Shown here piece by piece: positions 1-9,969 of a stretch of DNA of 32,000 nt. Source of the stretch: Vibrio vulnificus CMCP6 (lineage in GTDB: Bacteria > Pseudomonadota > Gammaproteobacteria > Enterobacterales > Vibrionaceae); assembly GCF_000039765.1 (NCBI RefSeq), contig NC_004460.2, positions 750,001-782,000 on the forward strand, written 5' to 3'. The notes beneath the pieces are model-generated. The model was not told the origin of the DNA and ran no database searches. It saw only the letters and a program-made list of their open reading frames with translations. Positions within the stretch are counted from its first letter, which is position 1; each line of letters opens with the position of its first letter. The position numbers and the translations under genes are program-made.

Positions 1-497
1 AAATTGAGCTGGTTCAATCGCCGATATAATACGAGCGATGCATCATCAACGGGGCCCCCTCCTTTTTAAAACAGATCATTCCCTTGAAGCCTATGGTGGT
101 AGCCAAGGATGTAGCCTCGAATGTCAAACAGCCCTTTCGTACCAGCTATAACAGCACACAATGACCCAAACAGGATCTCAAAAAGACAACAAGTGACTTT
201 TGTACTCCGACACTAGACAGCCACAGCTTGAAAATGTTCTTCAACATACTCAATTTGCACCAAGATCCATTATCTGGTGATGGCGCATATGACACAAGGT
301 ATTGTCACGATGAAACACGATTTAAACGCCCCGTTTGGCTCATCCCACCAGAGAGGGTACTGCGTTTGGGGAAAATGGTTAGCCTGATACACTTAGCGTT
401 CGTCAATAATGTCTTGATTAAGTTAACAGAACTCATTTACACCACGAGATACACTATAATTTCAATCAACTTTAGCTAATGAGATAAGGGAATAAAA

Positions 498-2162
498 ATG
501 AAGGATGACATATTGACTGAAAAGTCTGAATCTCATGAGATAGACCATACAAAACGTTCTACGTTGACTAAATTAGCCTTTGGCGCAGCAACACTTCCAT
601 TTGCTTCGGTTCTACATGCGGCTTCTGACAAACTGGCTGTACAGAATATTTCCCTAATGCCTAATGAAAAAGGCCCTTTTGATATTGTTATCGAAAATGG
701 TCGTGTGGTTGATCCTGAAACGGGCTTAGATGCGATTCGTAACGTGGGGATCAAAGGTAAGCGTATTGCTGCTATTTCAACAAATACCTTGAAAGGTGCC
801 AAAGTAATTAATGCTGAAGGTTTAGTCGTTGCTCCGGGCTTCGTTGATTTACATGCACATGGTCAACAGCTTCCTGCGGCTCGCGCTCAAGCATTTGATG
901 GTGTTACCACCCAACTGGAAATGGAATCGGGTTTATTACCCATCTCTAAATTCTACGATGATACCGCAAAAGAAGGTCGACCTCTTAACTACGGCGCTTC
1001 GGTTGCTTGGACCTACGCGCGAGTTATGGCAAAAGAACCAACAATGCCAGCAGCTGATGGTACGATTGTTTGGTTCCAAAAAGCATTTTCATACAACAAT
1101 TGGCAAAATACATTAGCAACACCAGATGAGCTAAAACAGATCCTCAATGATATCGAGCAGGGTCTGAAAGAAGGAGGTTTAGGCATTGGCATTAACGCAG
1201 GTTATGCTCCGGGTTATGGCCATAAAGAGTACTACGAGCTAGCGAAGCTCGCCAAACGCTATAATATGCCAACTTATACGCACGTTCGTTACTTAAACAG
1301 TGCAGAACCAAAATCCAGCTTTGAAGCTTATCAAGAACTGATCAGTTTATCTGCAACGACTGGTGCACACATGCACATTTGTCACCTGAATAGTACCTCT
1401 GTGCAAGATATTGATGATTGTGCGGACTTAGTGCAATCAGCGATTGATAGAGGTTTGAATGTAACTGCCGAAGCTTACCCTTACGGTGCCGGTTCGTCAC
1501 TGATTGGCGCAGAAGTTTTCCGTGGTGATGATTGGTTAGCGCGCTGGGGAGTACCAAGTGCAAGTTACATGGAAGCCAATGGGAAACCATTAACACAAGA
1601 AAAGATCACAGAGCTTCAAGCAAATGACCCAGGCAAAGTGGTAGTAATGCATTTCTTAAAACCTGATGATAATCCATCCGATCGTCAAAAAATGGATCGT
1701 TCAGTTCTGTTTCCCGGTGCAGCTATTGCTTCAGATGCTATGCCTTGGATGGACTCAAAAGGACAGGTCATCGAAGGTGATATTTGGCCACTCCCTAGTG
1801 ATGCCATCGCTCACCCAAGATCACTGGCTTGTTTTACCCGTTTCATTAGTAAATATGTTAACGAATACAAAGCGGTTACGCTTATTGAGGCAATGGAGCG
1901 TTGTAGCTTAAACGCTTGTCGCATTATAGAAAACAGCGTCCCACAAATGAAAAATAAAGGCCGTGTTCAAGTAGGTAAAGATGCAGATTTAGTGATATTC
2001 AAACTTGAAGATATCAAAGTGCTTGCGACTTTCGAAGCCCCTAATGCACTGTCTGAAGGTATGCATCATGTCATTGTTAACGGTACGCCCATCATTGCAA
2101 ATGGTGAATTACAGTTAGGCGTAAATCCGGGTGAACCCATTCGCAACCCTGTTATTGCATAA
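498..2162 (+). CDS. N-acyl-D-amino-acid deacylase / D-aminoacylase-like amidohydrolase with N-terminal signal-like segment
   Basis: 554-aa ORF; IENGRVVDPETGLDAIRNVGIKGKRIAAI start and metal-binding GFVDLHAH typical of the amidohydrolase superfamily; C-terminal GKDADLVIF; hydrophobic N-terminal segment ending near VLHAAS; SD-like aaggga upstream of ATG. Confidence 0.85.
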   Translation: MKDDILTEKSESHEIDHTKRSTLTKLAFGAATLPFASVLHAASDKLAVQNISLMPNEKGPFDIVIENGRVVDPETGLDAIRNVGIKGKRIAAISTNTLKGAKVINAEGLVVAPGFVDLHAHGQQLPAARAQAFDGVTTQLEMESGLLPISKFYDDTAKEGRPLNYGASVAWTYARVMAKEPTMPAADGTIVWFQKAFSYNNWQNTLATPDELKQILNDIEQGLKEGGLGIGINAGYAPGYGHKEYYELAKLAKRYNMPTYTHVRYLNSAEPKSSFEAYQELISLSATTGAHMHICHLNSTSVQDIDDCADLVQSAIDRGLNVTAEAYPYGAGSSLIGAEVFRGDDWLARWGVPSASYMEANGKPLTQEKITELQANDPGKVVVMHFLKPDDNPSDRQKMDRSVLFPGAAIASDAMPWMDSKGQVIEGDIWPLPSDAIAHPRSLACFTRFISKYVNEYKAVTLIEAMERCSLNACRIIENSVPQMKNKGRVQVGKDADLVIFKLEDIKVLATFEAPNALSEGMHHVIVNGTPIIANGELQLGVNPGEPIRNPVIA

Positions 2163-2224
2163 TTAACTCTCAATATAATTAAGCTCGGCGCAAGTCGAGC
2201 TTTTTCATGAAATGATATAGAGAA

Positions 2225-3205
2225 ATGTCGATGAGTAAAAAGCCAATTCCAGTCACTATCTTAGCCGGATTTTTAGGGGCAGGTAAAACCACCCTGCTCA
2301 ATCATATTCTGACCAATGCCAATGGAATGCGCATGGCCGTTATCGTCAATGACTTTGGTTCGATAAATGTTGATGCTGAACTGGTAAAGTCTGAAAGCGA
2401 CAATATGATCAGCCTAGAAAATGGTTGTGTTTGTTGTAATCTCGCTGAAGGTTTAGTGGTTTCTGTGATGCGTTTATTAGCACTCGAACAACGTCCAGAT
2501 CACATTGTGGTAGAAACCTCTGGAATTTCAGAACCAAAAGAAGTGGCGCTGAATTTTGAAGATCCAGAACTACAACAGCATGCGCCCCTCAATGCGATTA
2601 TCACCACCATTGACGCTAAAAATGTACTAACGCTCGAAAAACAGATGGCAGAATTAGCTGAACAGCAAATTCAAGTCGCTGATATTGTTTTGGTCAATAA
2701 AGTCGACCTAGTAGAGCCAGAAGAGCTAGCAAAAGTTAAACAATGGTGTCAGGTACAAGCGCCATTTGCAAAGCTGGTTGAAATTGAGTTTGGTAAAGTC
2801 GATTTACCTATTTTATTTGAAGTACCAGAGAGGCTTCAGGTTTCATCCCATAACAGAGAACATGGTGGCGAGCACCATCACTGTCATGATGACCATTGTG
2901 ATCACGTTAGCCATCAGTTTGAAACATTCAGTTTTGAAACAGAGCATCCCCTTTCACTGCAAGCCTTGTACCCTCTGTTGCAGCAGTTTTCTATCGATGC
3001 ATATCGCATGAAAGGCATCTTAAACCTTGATGATAAACCCGATCACCGTTGTATTTTCCAATGCACAGGACAACGTGCACAGGTGACGATTGGCGATCCA
3101 TGGCAAGAGGGTGAAAAAAGAGCGACTCGACTTGTTTTCATCGGCCCTAAAGGGGGATTAGATAGGAATGTTATGCGCAAGAAATTGGACGCTCTTGTGA
3201 TCTAA
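2225..3205 (+). CDS. CobW/YjiA (COG0523) family GTPase, putative metallochaperone
   Basis: GFLGAGKTTLLNHIL Walker A; CxCC motif in ENGCVCCNL; ETSGISEP; histidine-rich linker HGGEHHHCHDDHCDH; CobW C-terminal-like domain. Confidence 0.93.
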   Translation: MSMSKKPIPVTILAGFLGAGKTTLLNHILTNANGMRMAVIVNDFGSINVDAELVKSESDNMISLENGCVCCNLAEGLVVSVMRLLALEQRPDHIVVETSGISEPKEVALNFEDPELQQHAPLNAIITTIDAKNVLTLEKQMAELAEQQIQVADIVLVNKVDLVEPEELAKVKQWCQVQAPFAKLVEIEFGKVDLPILFEVPERLQVSSHNREHGGEHHHCHDDHCDHVSHQFETFSFETEHPLSLQALYPLLQQFSIDAYRMKGILNLDDKPDHRCIFQCTGQRAQVTIGDPWQEGEKRATRLVFIGPKGGLDRNVMRKKLDALVI

Positions 3206-3334
3206 CAATAAGTTTATTGGCTCAATAAATGCAGTTAAATGTAACCAAATGTAACCAATGAAAAATGGTGTGATAAAGAGCTATTAGAGCTAAATCGAAG
3301 TTGAATCAAGAAATCGTAATAACTAAGATGATAA

Positions 3335-4351
3335 ATGAAAAAACTAACCATGGAGAGGTTTATGAATCGAAGTATAGCGCTTTGTTTTACTTTACTTATC
3401 TCGTCATTAGTTCCAATTCAGCCAGCAGTTGCTAATGTGCATAATTTTAAAGATGTTTCGCAGAAACTTGAGACAATTTCACAGAGGCTAGTTGGCCGCA
3501 TCGGTGTGGCTGCTCAAGAAATTGGCTCTGGGGAGAGAATAACAGTAAACGGCGATGAAATGTTTGTGATGGCCAGTACCTACAAGGTTGCTATTGCTGT
3601 CGCCTTACTGGAGCGGATTGATAAAGGCGAGCTTAAGCTTTCCGATTTAATTGATGTCCCACAAGAAACCATGGTGACAGGTGACGGTGCTATCGCGGTG
3701 AACTTCGTGCACCCAGGTATAAAGTTATCTATCGCCAATTTAATCGAACCAATGATAACGTTAAGTGACAACACAGCGACAGATATTTGTCTAAAACTTG
3801 CAGGAGGGCCTGAAGCAGTAACTAAAGTGATGCGAAATATTGGTATTACTGATTTACGAGTTGATCGGTATACCAGTGAAATTTTAAGGGACTTCTATGG
3901 TTTACCCGACAAGGCCTATTCATCTGTACTTGCAAAGGCTCTTGCCCAAGACCCATCGCTCGCGTCAAAACAACCACTTAGAAACCTTAAGTTCGAACAA
4001 GAAGATCTACGAGATCAAAGCTCGCCTAATGCCATGTTGGAATTACTTCTGGCAATTGACAGCGGTAAAGTGTTAAGTGAGAAAAGCAGCGAATTTTTAC
4101 TTGATGTCATGTCACGTACACGCACTGGTGCTGGAAGGCTAAAAGGTCTACTACCAAAAGGAACCCTCGTTGCCCACAAGACAGGGACAATTGGCGGTGT
4201 CGCCAATGACGTGGGATTTGTAACGCTACCCGATGGTCGACGTTTTGCGATAGTCGTATATTCTAAGAGCAGCACAACATCGGAAGCTGATCGTGATCTA
4301 GCTATTGCAGAAATTACCCGAACGTTATACGATTTTTATTATTTAAAGTAA
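3335..4351 (+). CDS. Class A beta-lactamase-like serine hydrolase (exported)
   Basis: Signal peptide (MNRSIALCFTLLISSLVPIQPAVA; the downstream Met is the likelier start); STYK active-site motif, SDN (LSDNTATD) and KTG (HKTGTIGG) in class A order. Confidence 0.85.
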   Translation: MKKLTMERFMNRSIALCFTLLISSLVPIQPAVANVHNFKDVSQKLETISQRLVGRIGVAAQEIGSGERITVNGDEMFVMASTYKVAIAVALLERIDKGELKLSDLIDVPQETMVTGDGAIAVNFVHPGIKLSIANLIEPMITLSDNTATDICLKLAGGPEAVTKVMRNIGITDLRVDRYTSEILRDFYGLPDKAYSSVLAKALAQDPSLASKQPLRNLKFEQEDLRDQSSPNAMLELLLAIDSGKVLSEKSSEFLLDVMSRTRTGAGRLKGLLPKGTLVAHKTGTIGGVANDVGFVTLPDGRRFAIVVYSKSSTTSEADRDLAIAEITRTLYDFYYLK

Positions 4352-4391
4352 CGAATTAAATTCAACTGTTAGTGCTTAAAAAGGTATAAAT

Positions 4392-5900
4392 ATGGATCAA
4401 GCCATTAAGAAGAAAATGAAATTATTACCTACCGTAATAGTTTCGTCTTTATTGACAATGCAGCCGGCATTGGCACATCAAAATAATAAAATGACACAGG
4501 AAGAAGGCCAAGCAACCTTCAATGCCGTCGTTGCCGATGTCAATAAAATGATCAAAGAAATGCACATACCGGGACTTGCTGTCGGTGTTATTCATGGACC
4601 TAACACCTACAGTGCCGGACTCGGTATCACCAAGGTAGGCACCAACGAGGCCGTTACCCCTGATACACAATTTCAAATTGGCTCTGTGACCAAAACCTTC
4701 CTTGCGACCCTAGCCATGCAGCAATCCGAACAGGGCATTCTGGATTTAAACGCACGTGTCGTCGATATTCTGCCGTGGTGGAGGGTTTCAGATCCCGAGG
4801 CGACATCTAAAGCGCGGGTTGTTGACCTATTCCATCATCGTGCTGGCTGGTATGGCGACCATGGGTTCCTTCGTGTTCCTCCAGGTGGTTCGATATCTGA
4901 GAAAGTAATGCTTCAAGGGGCTTACGCACAGCAGATCTATCCGTTCGATCAAACCTGGATGTACAACAACACCAGTATCACTTTCGCTACACATGTAGTG
5001 TCTCATGTCGGTGGAAAGCCGATCGAGACACTGATCGAAGAGAATCTGTTAACTCCGCTCGGCATGAATTCGTCATCCTTTAACTACGATGCTACCCCTC
5101 CTGCTAAAGATTACGCATGGGGCCATCCGCCGATCTACGGGAAAGGCAGCATAAGTGAACTCAAGCCGTACTACATTCCGTTGATTAGAGAGTCCGCAGC
5201 CTCCGGCGCACTCCGCTCTACGGTGGCCGACATGCTTAAATACGCCCGCTTTCAGCTAGACGGTAAGGATGCCTCCGGTAAGCAGTTGTTGTCTAAAAAA
5301 GCGCTGGATTATGCCCACGCACCTGCGGTCGAGGCTTCGACCGGAGACTTTACCGGACTGACATGGTTCGTCCACGACTACGATGGGACCACAAGCCCTA
5401 GCCATGGGGGGAATTGGCCCGGTACGCGTTCTTTTCTGCAGTTGATCCCGGATCACGACTTTGCCGTAGTGGTTTTGGTTCACAGCGATCGCGGAGCTGA
5501 AGCTTACAAAAAAGTGGCTAACGCAATGGTCAAAGCCTTTACGAAAATCGAATCCAACTCTCCGGTCTCCGTTGGTGCGACTCCGTCTGTGCTCGACCCC
5601 TTCGTCGGTGTGTTTAAGGGTAATTCCCAAAACATTGAGATCCGTAAAGATGGCGACAAATATGTGTTTGTCCAGTTTTCAGCATTGACTAAAGGAGCGG
5701 ATCCTGCCCCTGCCAATGTAGAAAACACGGCCGAGGGTTATTTTATCATCACCGAAGGTCCGAATAAGGGAGCACTTGGTGAATTGCTGAAAGACCCATC
5801 TGGCGAACTCAACTACGTGCGCTTCAACCACAGAATCTTTATTCGCGGTGAAGGTGCGGTTAACGAGTTCGACCTATCTGGATCGGTATTCGATAAGTAG
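4392..5900 (+). CDS. Class C beta-lactamase-related / PBP-like serine hydrolase (exported)
   Basis: Signal peptide ending QPALA; SxxK in GSVTKTF; YxN in MYNNTSI; HGG in SHGGNWPG; C-terminal lipocalin-like extension typical of this family. Confidence 0.85.
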   Translation: MDQAIKKKMKLLPTVIVSSLLTMQPALAHQNNKMTQEEGQATFNAVVADVNKMIKEMHIPGLAVGVIHGPNTYSAGLGITKVGTNEAVTPDTQFQIGSVTKTFLATLAMQQSEQGILDLNARVVDILPWWRVSDPEATSKARVVDLFHHRAGWYGDHGFLRVPPGGSISEKVMLQGAYAQQIYPFDQTWMYNNTSITFATHVVSHVGGKPIETLIEENLLTPLGMNSSSFNYDATPPAKDYAWGHPPIYGKGSISELKPYYIPLIRESAASGALRSTVADMLKYARFQLDGKDASGKQLLSKKALDYAHAPAVEASTGDFTGLTWFVHDYDGTTSPSHGGNWPGTRSFLQLIPDHDFAVVVLVHSDRGAEAYKKVANAMVKAFTKIESNSPVSVGATPSVLDPFVGVFKGNSQNIEIRKDGDKYVFVQFSALTKGADPAPANVENTAEGYFIITEGPNKGALGELLKDPSGELNYVRFNHRIFIRGEGAVNEFDLSGSVFDK

Positions 5901-6342
5901 GATGAGCAAAAGATATTAATTCACGCGGATAATGATTTCTGACAGACATCTATTAGCTGCATGAATACCCTTAAGCATCAAAACACGCCATAAGGACATG
6001 GGTGTTTTGATGGAAGAAAAACAAATTGCCCTGAGATATCAAAGCATCAGTCAGAAGGAGCAGAGGACATTTAAGGCAATGAGAAAATCATGATGCCTTG
6101 GTTGATGATCGGTCAAAAGCATCTCAACTAAGGCTGATTTTTATTAGCTGAAAGTTCGCCATCATGATTGGGCTAGACAAGTAACCATTGGCCCTTGATG
6201 AAAAACTTGCAGTCCGTGGGAATAATGGCGTTGATGACTTCAGCCTGAAGAGGGCTAGCTACGAAAAATTCTTGCTGGAACCGAACGTTCTATCAGCACG
6301 AGTAAAAATACGGACCAACCCATATTTAAGAAATGATTATAT

Positions 6343-7857
6343 TTAAAGCATACCTTCAATAGGTAAAACACCAGAGAGCCAAGCTCCAATGCTTCTCCAG
6401 ATACTAGATTCTGGCTCGCTGTCATAAACTTTACCATTCCCTAAATCTGTCCAATGTAAATTTCCCTCTCGAATCTCAACGTAATATGCGTCTTTAGGCA
6501 ACGCACTGTTTAATTGAACAGTGGCCTTTTTAACATATTCAGGATGTGTAATATGAACTGCCATTTCAGTATTGATATAGGCTGAGCGAGGATCCCAGTT
6601 CATCGATCCAACAATAAAATCAGCATCATCGATGACGATGACTTTGGCATGGAGGCTTGCTCGCTGACTCCCGATCAAACTCCATTGGCGTTTGATTTCT
6701 GCACTGGCTTTAATTTCCCAAAGGGTAATGCCACTTTCCAGCAATTCTTCTCGATATTTGGCATACCAGCCATGAACCGCGAAAACATCATTTGAAGCCA
6801 AGCTGTTAGTGACAATCGTAACTTTCACTCCGCTCTCCGCCAACCTTTTCAGTCCTAGGGTACCTGCTTCAGTGGGCACAAAATAAGGAGAAATGATCAA
6901 GATGGAGTCAGTTACATTGTTTAGTCTTTCGGCGAGTTGTTCCGCTACCTGACTATCACGGGTTTCTACCTTGTCTGGTAAGTCATACCAGAGTACTGCT
7001 TCACCCCAGTAAAGCTTGAGCGTACCGTGCTTTAGGTGCTCAAATAGCTCTAGTTGGCTGATGTCATATTCACCGTCTCTAAAAGGCGCTTCTAATGCGT
7101 TCACATCAACAAGGTCTTCCAAGGCATATTGCGTCTCGTAATCAGAGAGCGAAACAAGCGCACTGACAGATTGTGTTTGGTCGCTGTTCCAGTACAAATC
7201 AAACTGAGTTGCTGTTTCAACAACCGCAGGACCAAAAAGCAGCACGTCAAAATCGCCAAATTCAACTTGGGTGGAAAATGAAAAATATTCGTTGCCGATG
7301 TTCCGACCACCCACAATAGCTGCCACACCATCGGCAGTCATCGATTTATTGTGCATACGATGATTGAGTCGAGAAAAATCGGTGAGGAAAGATAAACCCC
7401 GGAAAAACCTGTTGGTGTATGGATTGAACAGACGTATTTCGATGTTCGGATGGTCATTCAACAGCGCCATGACCTGGTCGTCCCGACGCTGCATATCGTC
7501 AAGCAAAAGTCTCACTTTGACGCCGCGTTGCGCTGCTTCATAGAGCCGCCATGTGATGATTTTGCTTGTTTCATCATCTCCAAACAGGTAGTACTGCAAA
7601 TCCAACGAGTGCTGAGCACTTGTAATCAAGGCGATTCGGGCGAGTAGGGCGTCATCGCCATTATTGAGAGAGTGAAAGCCGGTTAAATTGTCTTTCACCG
7701 TTTCAGGGCGAAGCTGCTCATAATATTTGGCCAGAGTGCTACCTTCCTGATAGCCAGAGTGGTAGCTAAGCTTTTTTTCAGTCACTAATGGGTTGGAAGC
7801 TGAACACGCAAGCAATCCAAAACAGCTAGCAACAACTAGAACACGCATCCATTTCAA
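6343..7857 (-). CDS. Phospholipase D-like / cardiolipin-synthase-like lipoprotein
   Basis: Lipobox-like LLACS; two HxKxxxxD motifs: HNKSMTAD and HAKVIVID; GGRNIGNEY and GSMNWDPRS. Confidence 0.9.
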   Translation of the reverse strand: MKWMRVLVVASCFGLLACSASNPLVTEKKLSYHSGYQEGSTLAKYYEQLRPETVKDNLTGFHSLNNGDDALLARIALITSAQHSLDLQYYLFGDDETSKIITWRLYEAAQRGVKVRLLLDDMQRRDDQVMALLNDHPNIEIRLFNPYTNRFFRGLSFLTDFSRLNHRMHNKSMTADGVAAIVGGRNIGNEYFSFSTQVEFGDFDVLLFGPAVVETATQFDLYWNSDQTQSVSALVSLSDYETQYALEDLVDVNALEAPFRDGEYDISQLELFEHLKHGTLKLYWGEAVLWYDLPDKVETRDSQVAEQLAERLNNVTDSILIISPYFVPTEAGTLGLKRLAESGVKVTIVTNSLASNDVFAVHGWYAKYREELLESGITLWEIKASAEIKRQWSLIGSQRASLHAKVIVIDDADFIVGSMNWDPRSAYINTEMAVHITHPEYVKKATVQLNSALPKDAYYVEIREGNLHWTDLGNGKVYDSEPESSIWRSIGAWLSGVLPIEGML

Positions 7858-7908
7858 AAAAAACTCCTTAAGAACGAGTTAGTCAAAGTTGAACCCAAGT
7901 AATGACGA

Positions 7909-8928
7909 TTAATCTACTTTATCAACCACATAGTGAGAAGTAGTCTGAGTAAGGTTAAGTATCAAGTAACCAATCAAAATGGCTGTTGCGATTGATATTA
8001 ATCGCGTCAAGTGAGAGGAGAATGGGTCATCTCCCTGATAATTTAAAACCTGACTGACAAGAACAAAAAAGTTGGTAAACAGGAGTTGATAGATACTCAT
8101 ACGGCATCGCTGGCGCATAGCGAAGCAAGCCAATTGCAAGCCTAAAAACAACGTAGCGCCGAACAGTGCCCATGTAGGCCAGCCAACAATCGAAAGCAGA
8201 ACCATTGGGAGCGTGAAGAGTATACCGATAGCGGTGGTCGTGATACGATTCCGACTAAATAAGCGGTGATCATCAGAAAATGGCACCCTAATCATACTAC
8301 TGATGGTAATACCAATTAATATGGATTGGGAGCTTCCTGAAGCGATAAGCGCAACCATCACTAAGGCCATTGCAATACTTTTGAAAAAGATAAGCCCCAG
8401 GTGGGAGTTTGCTCCTTTGGGGTCCTCTTCATCAGTCTTTATTTCTTTTTCATCGCCTGGGAACAGCAAAAAGCTAAAGTAAGTGACGATCAACGCGATG
8501 ACACTCGCTTCAAGCATCAGTGCTGGCAAGCCAAAACTTGATATACCGAATTGCAGATTGATGACACTCATCATAATCACAACCAATAAGACAAATGTGG
8601 CCAAAATGTCTTTGGGATTTTCGTGACTTCGGTAAAAACTCCAGAATAAAAGCGCCCAGCAATAAAGCCCGTAGCCCGTTGGAGAATCGATGAGCTGTTC
8701 CCCTAACAATACAACACCAAGGCTGACAAATACCATAACCGCAAGAAGCTTAATCAGCATATCTACGGGAGGTTTTGATGGCATGATCGTTAAAAAAATC
8801 ACCACAAAAATTGGGGCAAGTATGGGCAAAATCGCTCCATGTGCTGAGAGATAAAAGAGCAGTATTGATGGTGCTAAAACCAAACGAAGCACCGGATTCG
8901 CGGCGCTACGAAACATAAGTCCAAACAC
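7909..8928 (-). CDS. DUF2955-type integral membrane protein (aromatic acid/fusaric acid efflux-like)
   Basis: 339-aa polytopic membrane ORF, GTG start, directly downstream of and overlapping an HlyD-type reading frame. Confidence 0.65.
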   Translation of the reverse strand: MFGLMFRSAANPVLRLVLAPSILLFYLSAHGAILPILAPIFVVIFLTIMPSKPPVDMLIKLLAVMVFVSLGVVLLGEQLIDSPTGYGLYCWALLFWSFYRSHENPKDILATFVLLVVIMMSVINLQFGISSFGLPALMLEASVIALIVTYFSFLLFPGDEKEIKTDEEDPKGANSHLGLIFFKSIAMALVMVALIASGSSQSILIGITISSMIRVPFSDDHRLFSRNRITTTAIGILFTLPMVLLSIVGWPTWALFGATLFLGLQLACFAMRQRCRMSIYQLLFTNFFVLVSQVLNYQGDDPFSSHLTRLISIATAILIGYLILNLTQTTSHYVVDKVD

Positions 8929-9969
8929 TCAGTACATGCATCCAAATGCTTGCTAGCCACTCACCAAATTTGCTTTTCTCAGTATAGACTGCAACGGTAG
9001 CTTGAGAACCAAATCGGACGTTTGAAAGTCTCTCTACGTCATCAAAGACAATATTAACAGGGTAACGCTGGGCACTGATTGCCTTGTTATCTGCGACTAA
9101 AAAACCTGTAGTGGCATCTACATTATTACTGCCTCCTGTCCCCCAGCCAATGCTGTCAATTTTTCCGGAGAGACACGACCTGGCAGCGCATCCAATACAA
9201 TATCGACACGTTGTCCTTCTCGAATATGTTCAAGAGAGTTTTCTCGTAACTGGGCCGAGATCCATACGCCACGAGGGTCAATGAATGTTAATAATGGCGT
9301 GCCAGCATTAGCGCGTTGTCCGTTCGTGAGTTGGACATTAGTCACAACTCCCTTTGAAGGCGCAGTAACATTGGTTTTTTGAAGGTCAAGCTGAGCTTTT
9401 TCAAGTTTGGCCATCGCCGCGAGAATTTGCGGGTTGTTATTACCAGCAGGCCCCAAGTTTTGTTTTGCTTGCACTAATGCAGCTTCCGCGGCCTCCAGCC
9501 CAGCTTGCGCGCGAGTTTTTGATTCTAGTGCATTGTCCAGATCTGCCTTACTTAAGACCCCCCGCTTAGCCAGTGTTTCCGTTCTGGCTGCTTGCTCACG
9601 AGCATTATTTCTCGCAGCCAGAGCTTCTACAACTCTAGCCTGTGCAACCTCTACGGCCGCAGTATTTGCGCCAATACTTTGACCGACTAACTCCAACTCT
9701 GCTTGAGCCGCTCTAAGAGCAATGTCGTAGTTTCTTGGATCGATTCGGAACAAAAGGTCGCCGGCATTCACGATCTGATTGTCACTGACTGAAACGTCAA
9801 TGATATTGCCTGTTACCTCAGGTGCGATCTGAACAAGATAAGAATGGATCCGTGCACTGCTGGTAATTGGTGTAACCCTGTCGGCCCAAAGACTATAAAG
9901 CCAAATTACTAAAATCGTGGTAATAATGTAGATACTTAGTTTTCTCGATGATGATTGCGTGTCAGACAT
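8906..9969 (-). pseudogene. HlyD-family periplasmic adaptor subunit, frameshifted near its 3' end
   Basis: Starts MSDTQSSSRKLSIYIITT; one transmembrane segment, biotinyl-lipoyl-like arms (IDPRNYDIAL, NVTAPSKGVVTNVQ) and QRVDIVLDALPGRV. The 9118..10209 ORF then reads out of family (SPEKLTALAGGQEAVIM*), while another frame continues SGKIDSIGWGTGGSNNVDATTGFLVADNKAISAQRYPVNIVFDDVERLSNVRFGSQATVAVYTEKSKFGEWLASIWMHVLSVWTYVS*. Confidence 0.85.

Noticed and set aside
1-497. Partial or small genes at the left edge (for example 228..479).
   Set aside because: No recognisable domain, no clear start or SD, and composition looks intergenic; cannot be supported.
498-620. Possible Tat signal on the amidohydrolase.
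   Set aside because: Only a single K-R-S before the hydrophobic stretch, no twin arginine; left as a signal-like segment of uncertain type.
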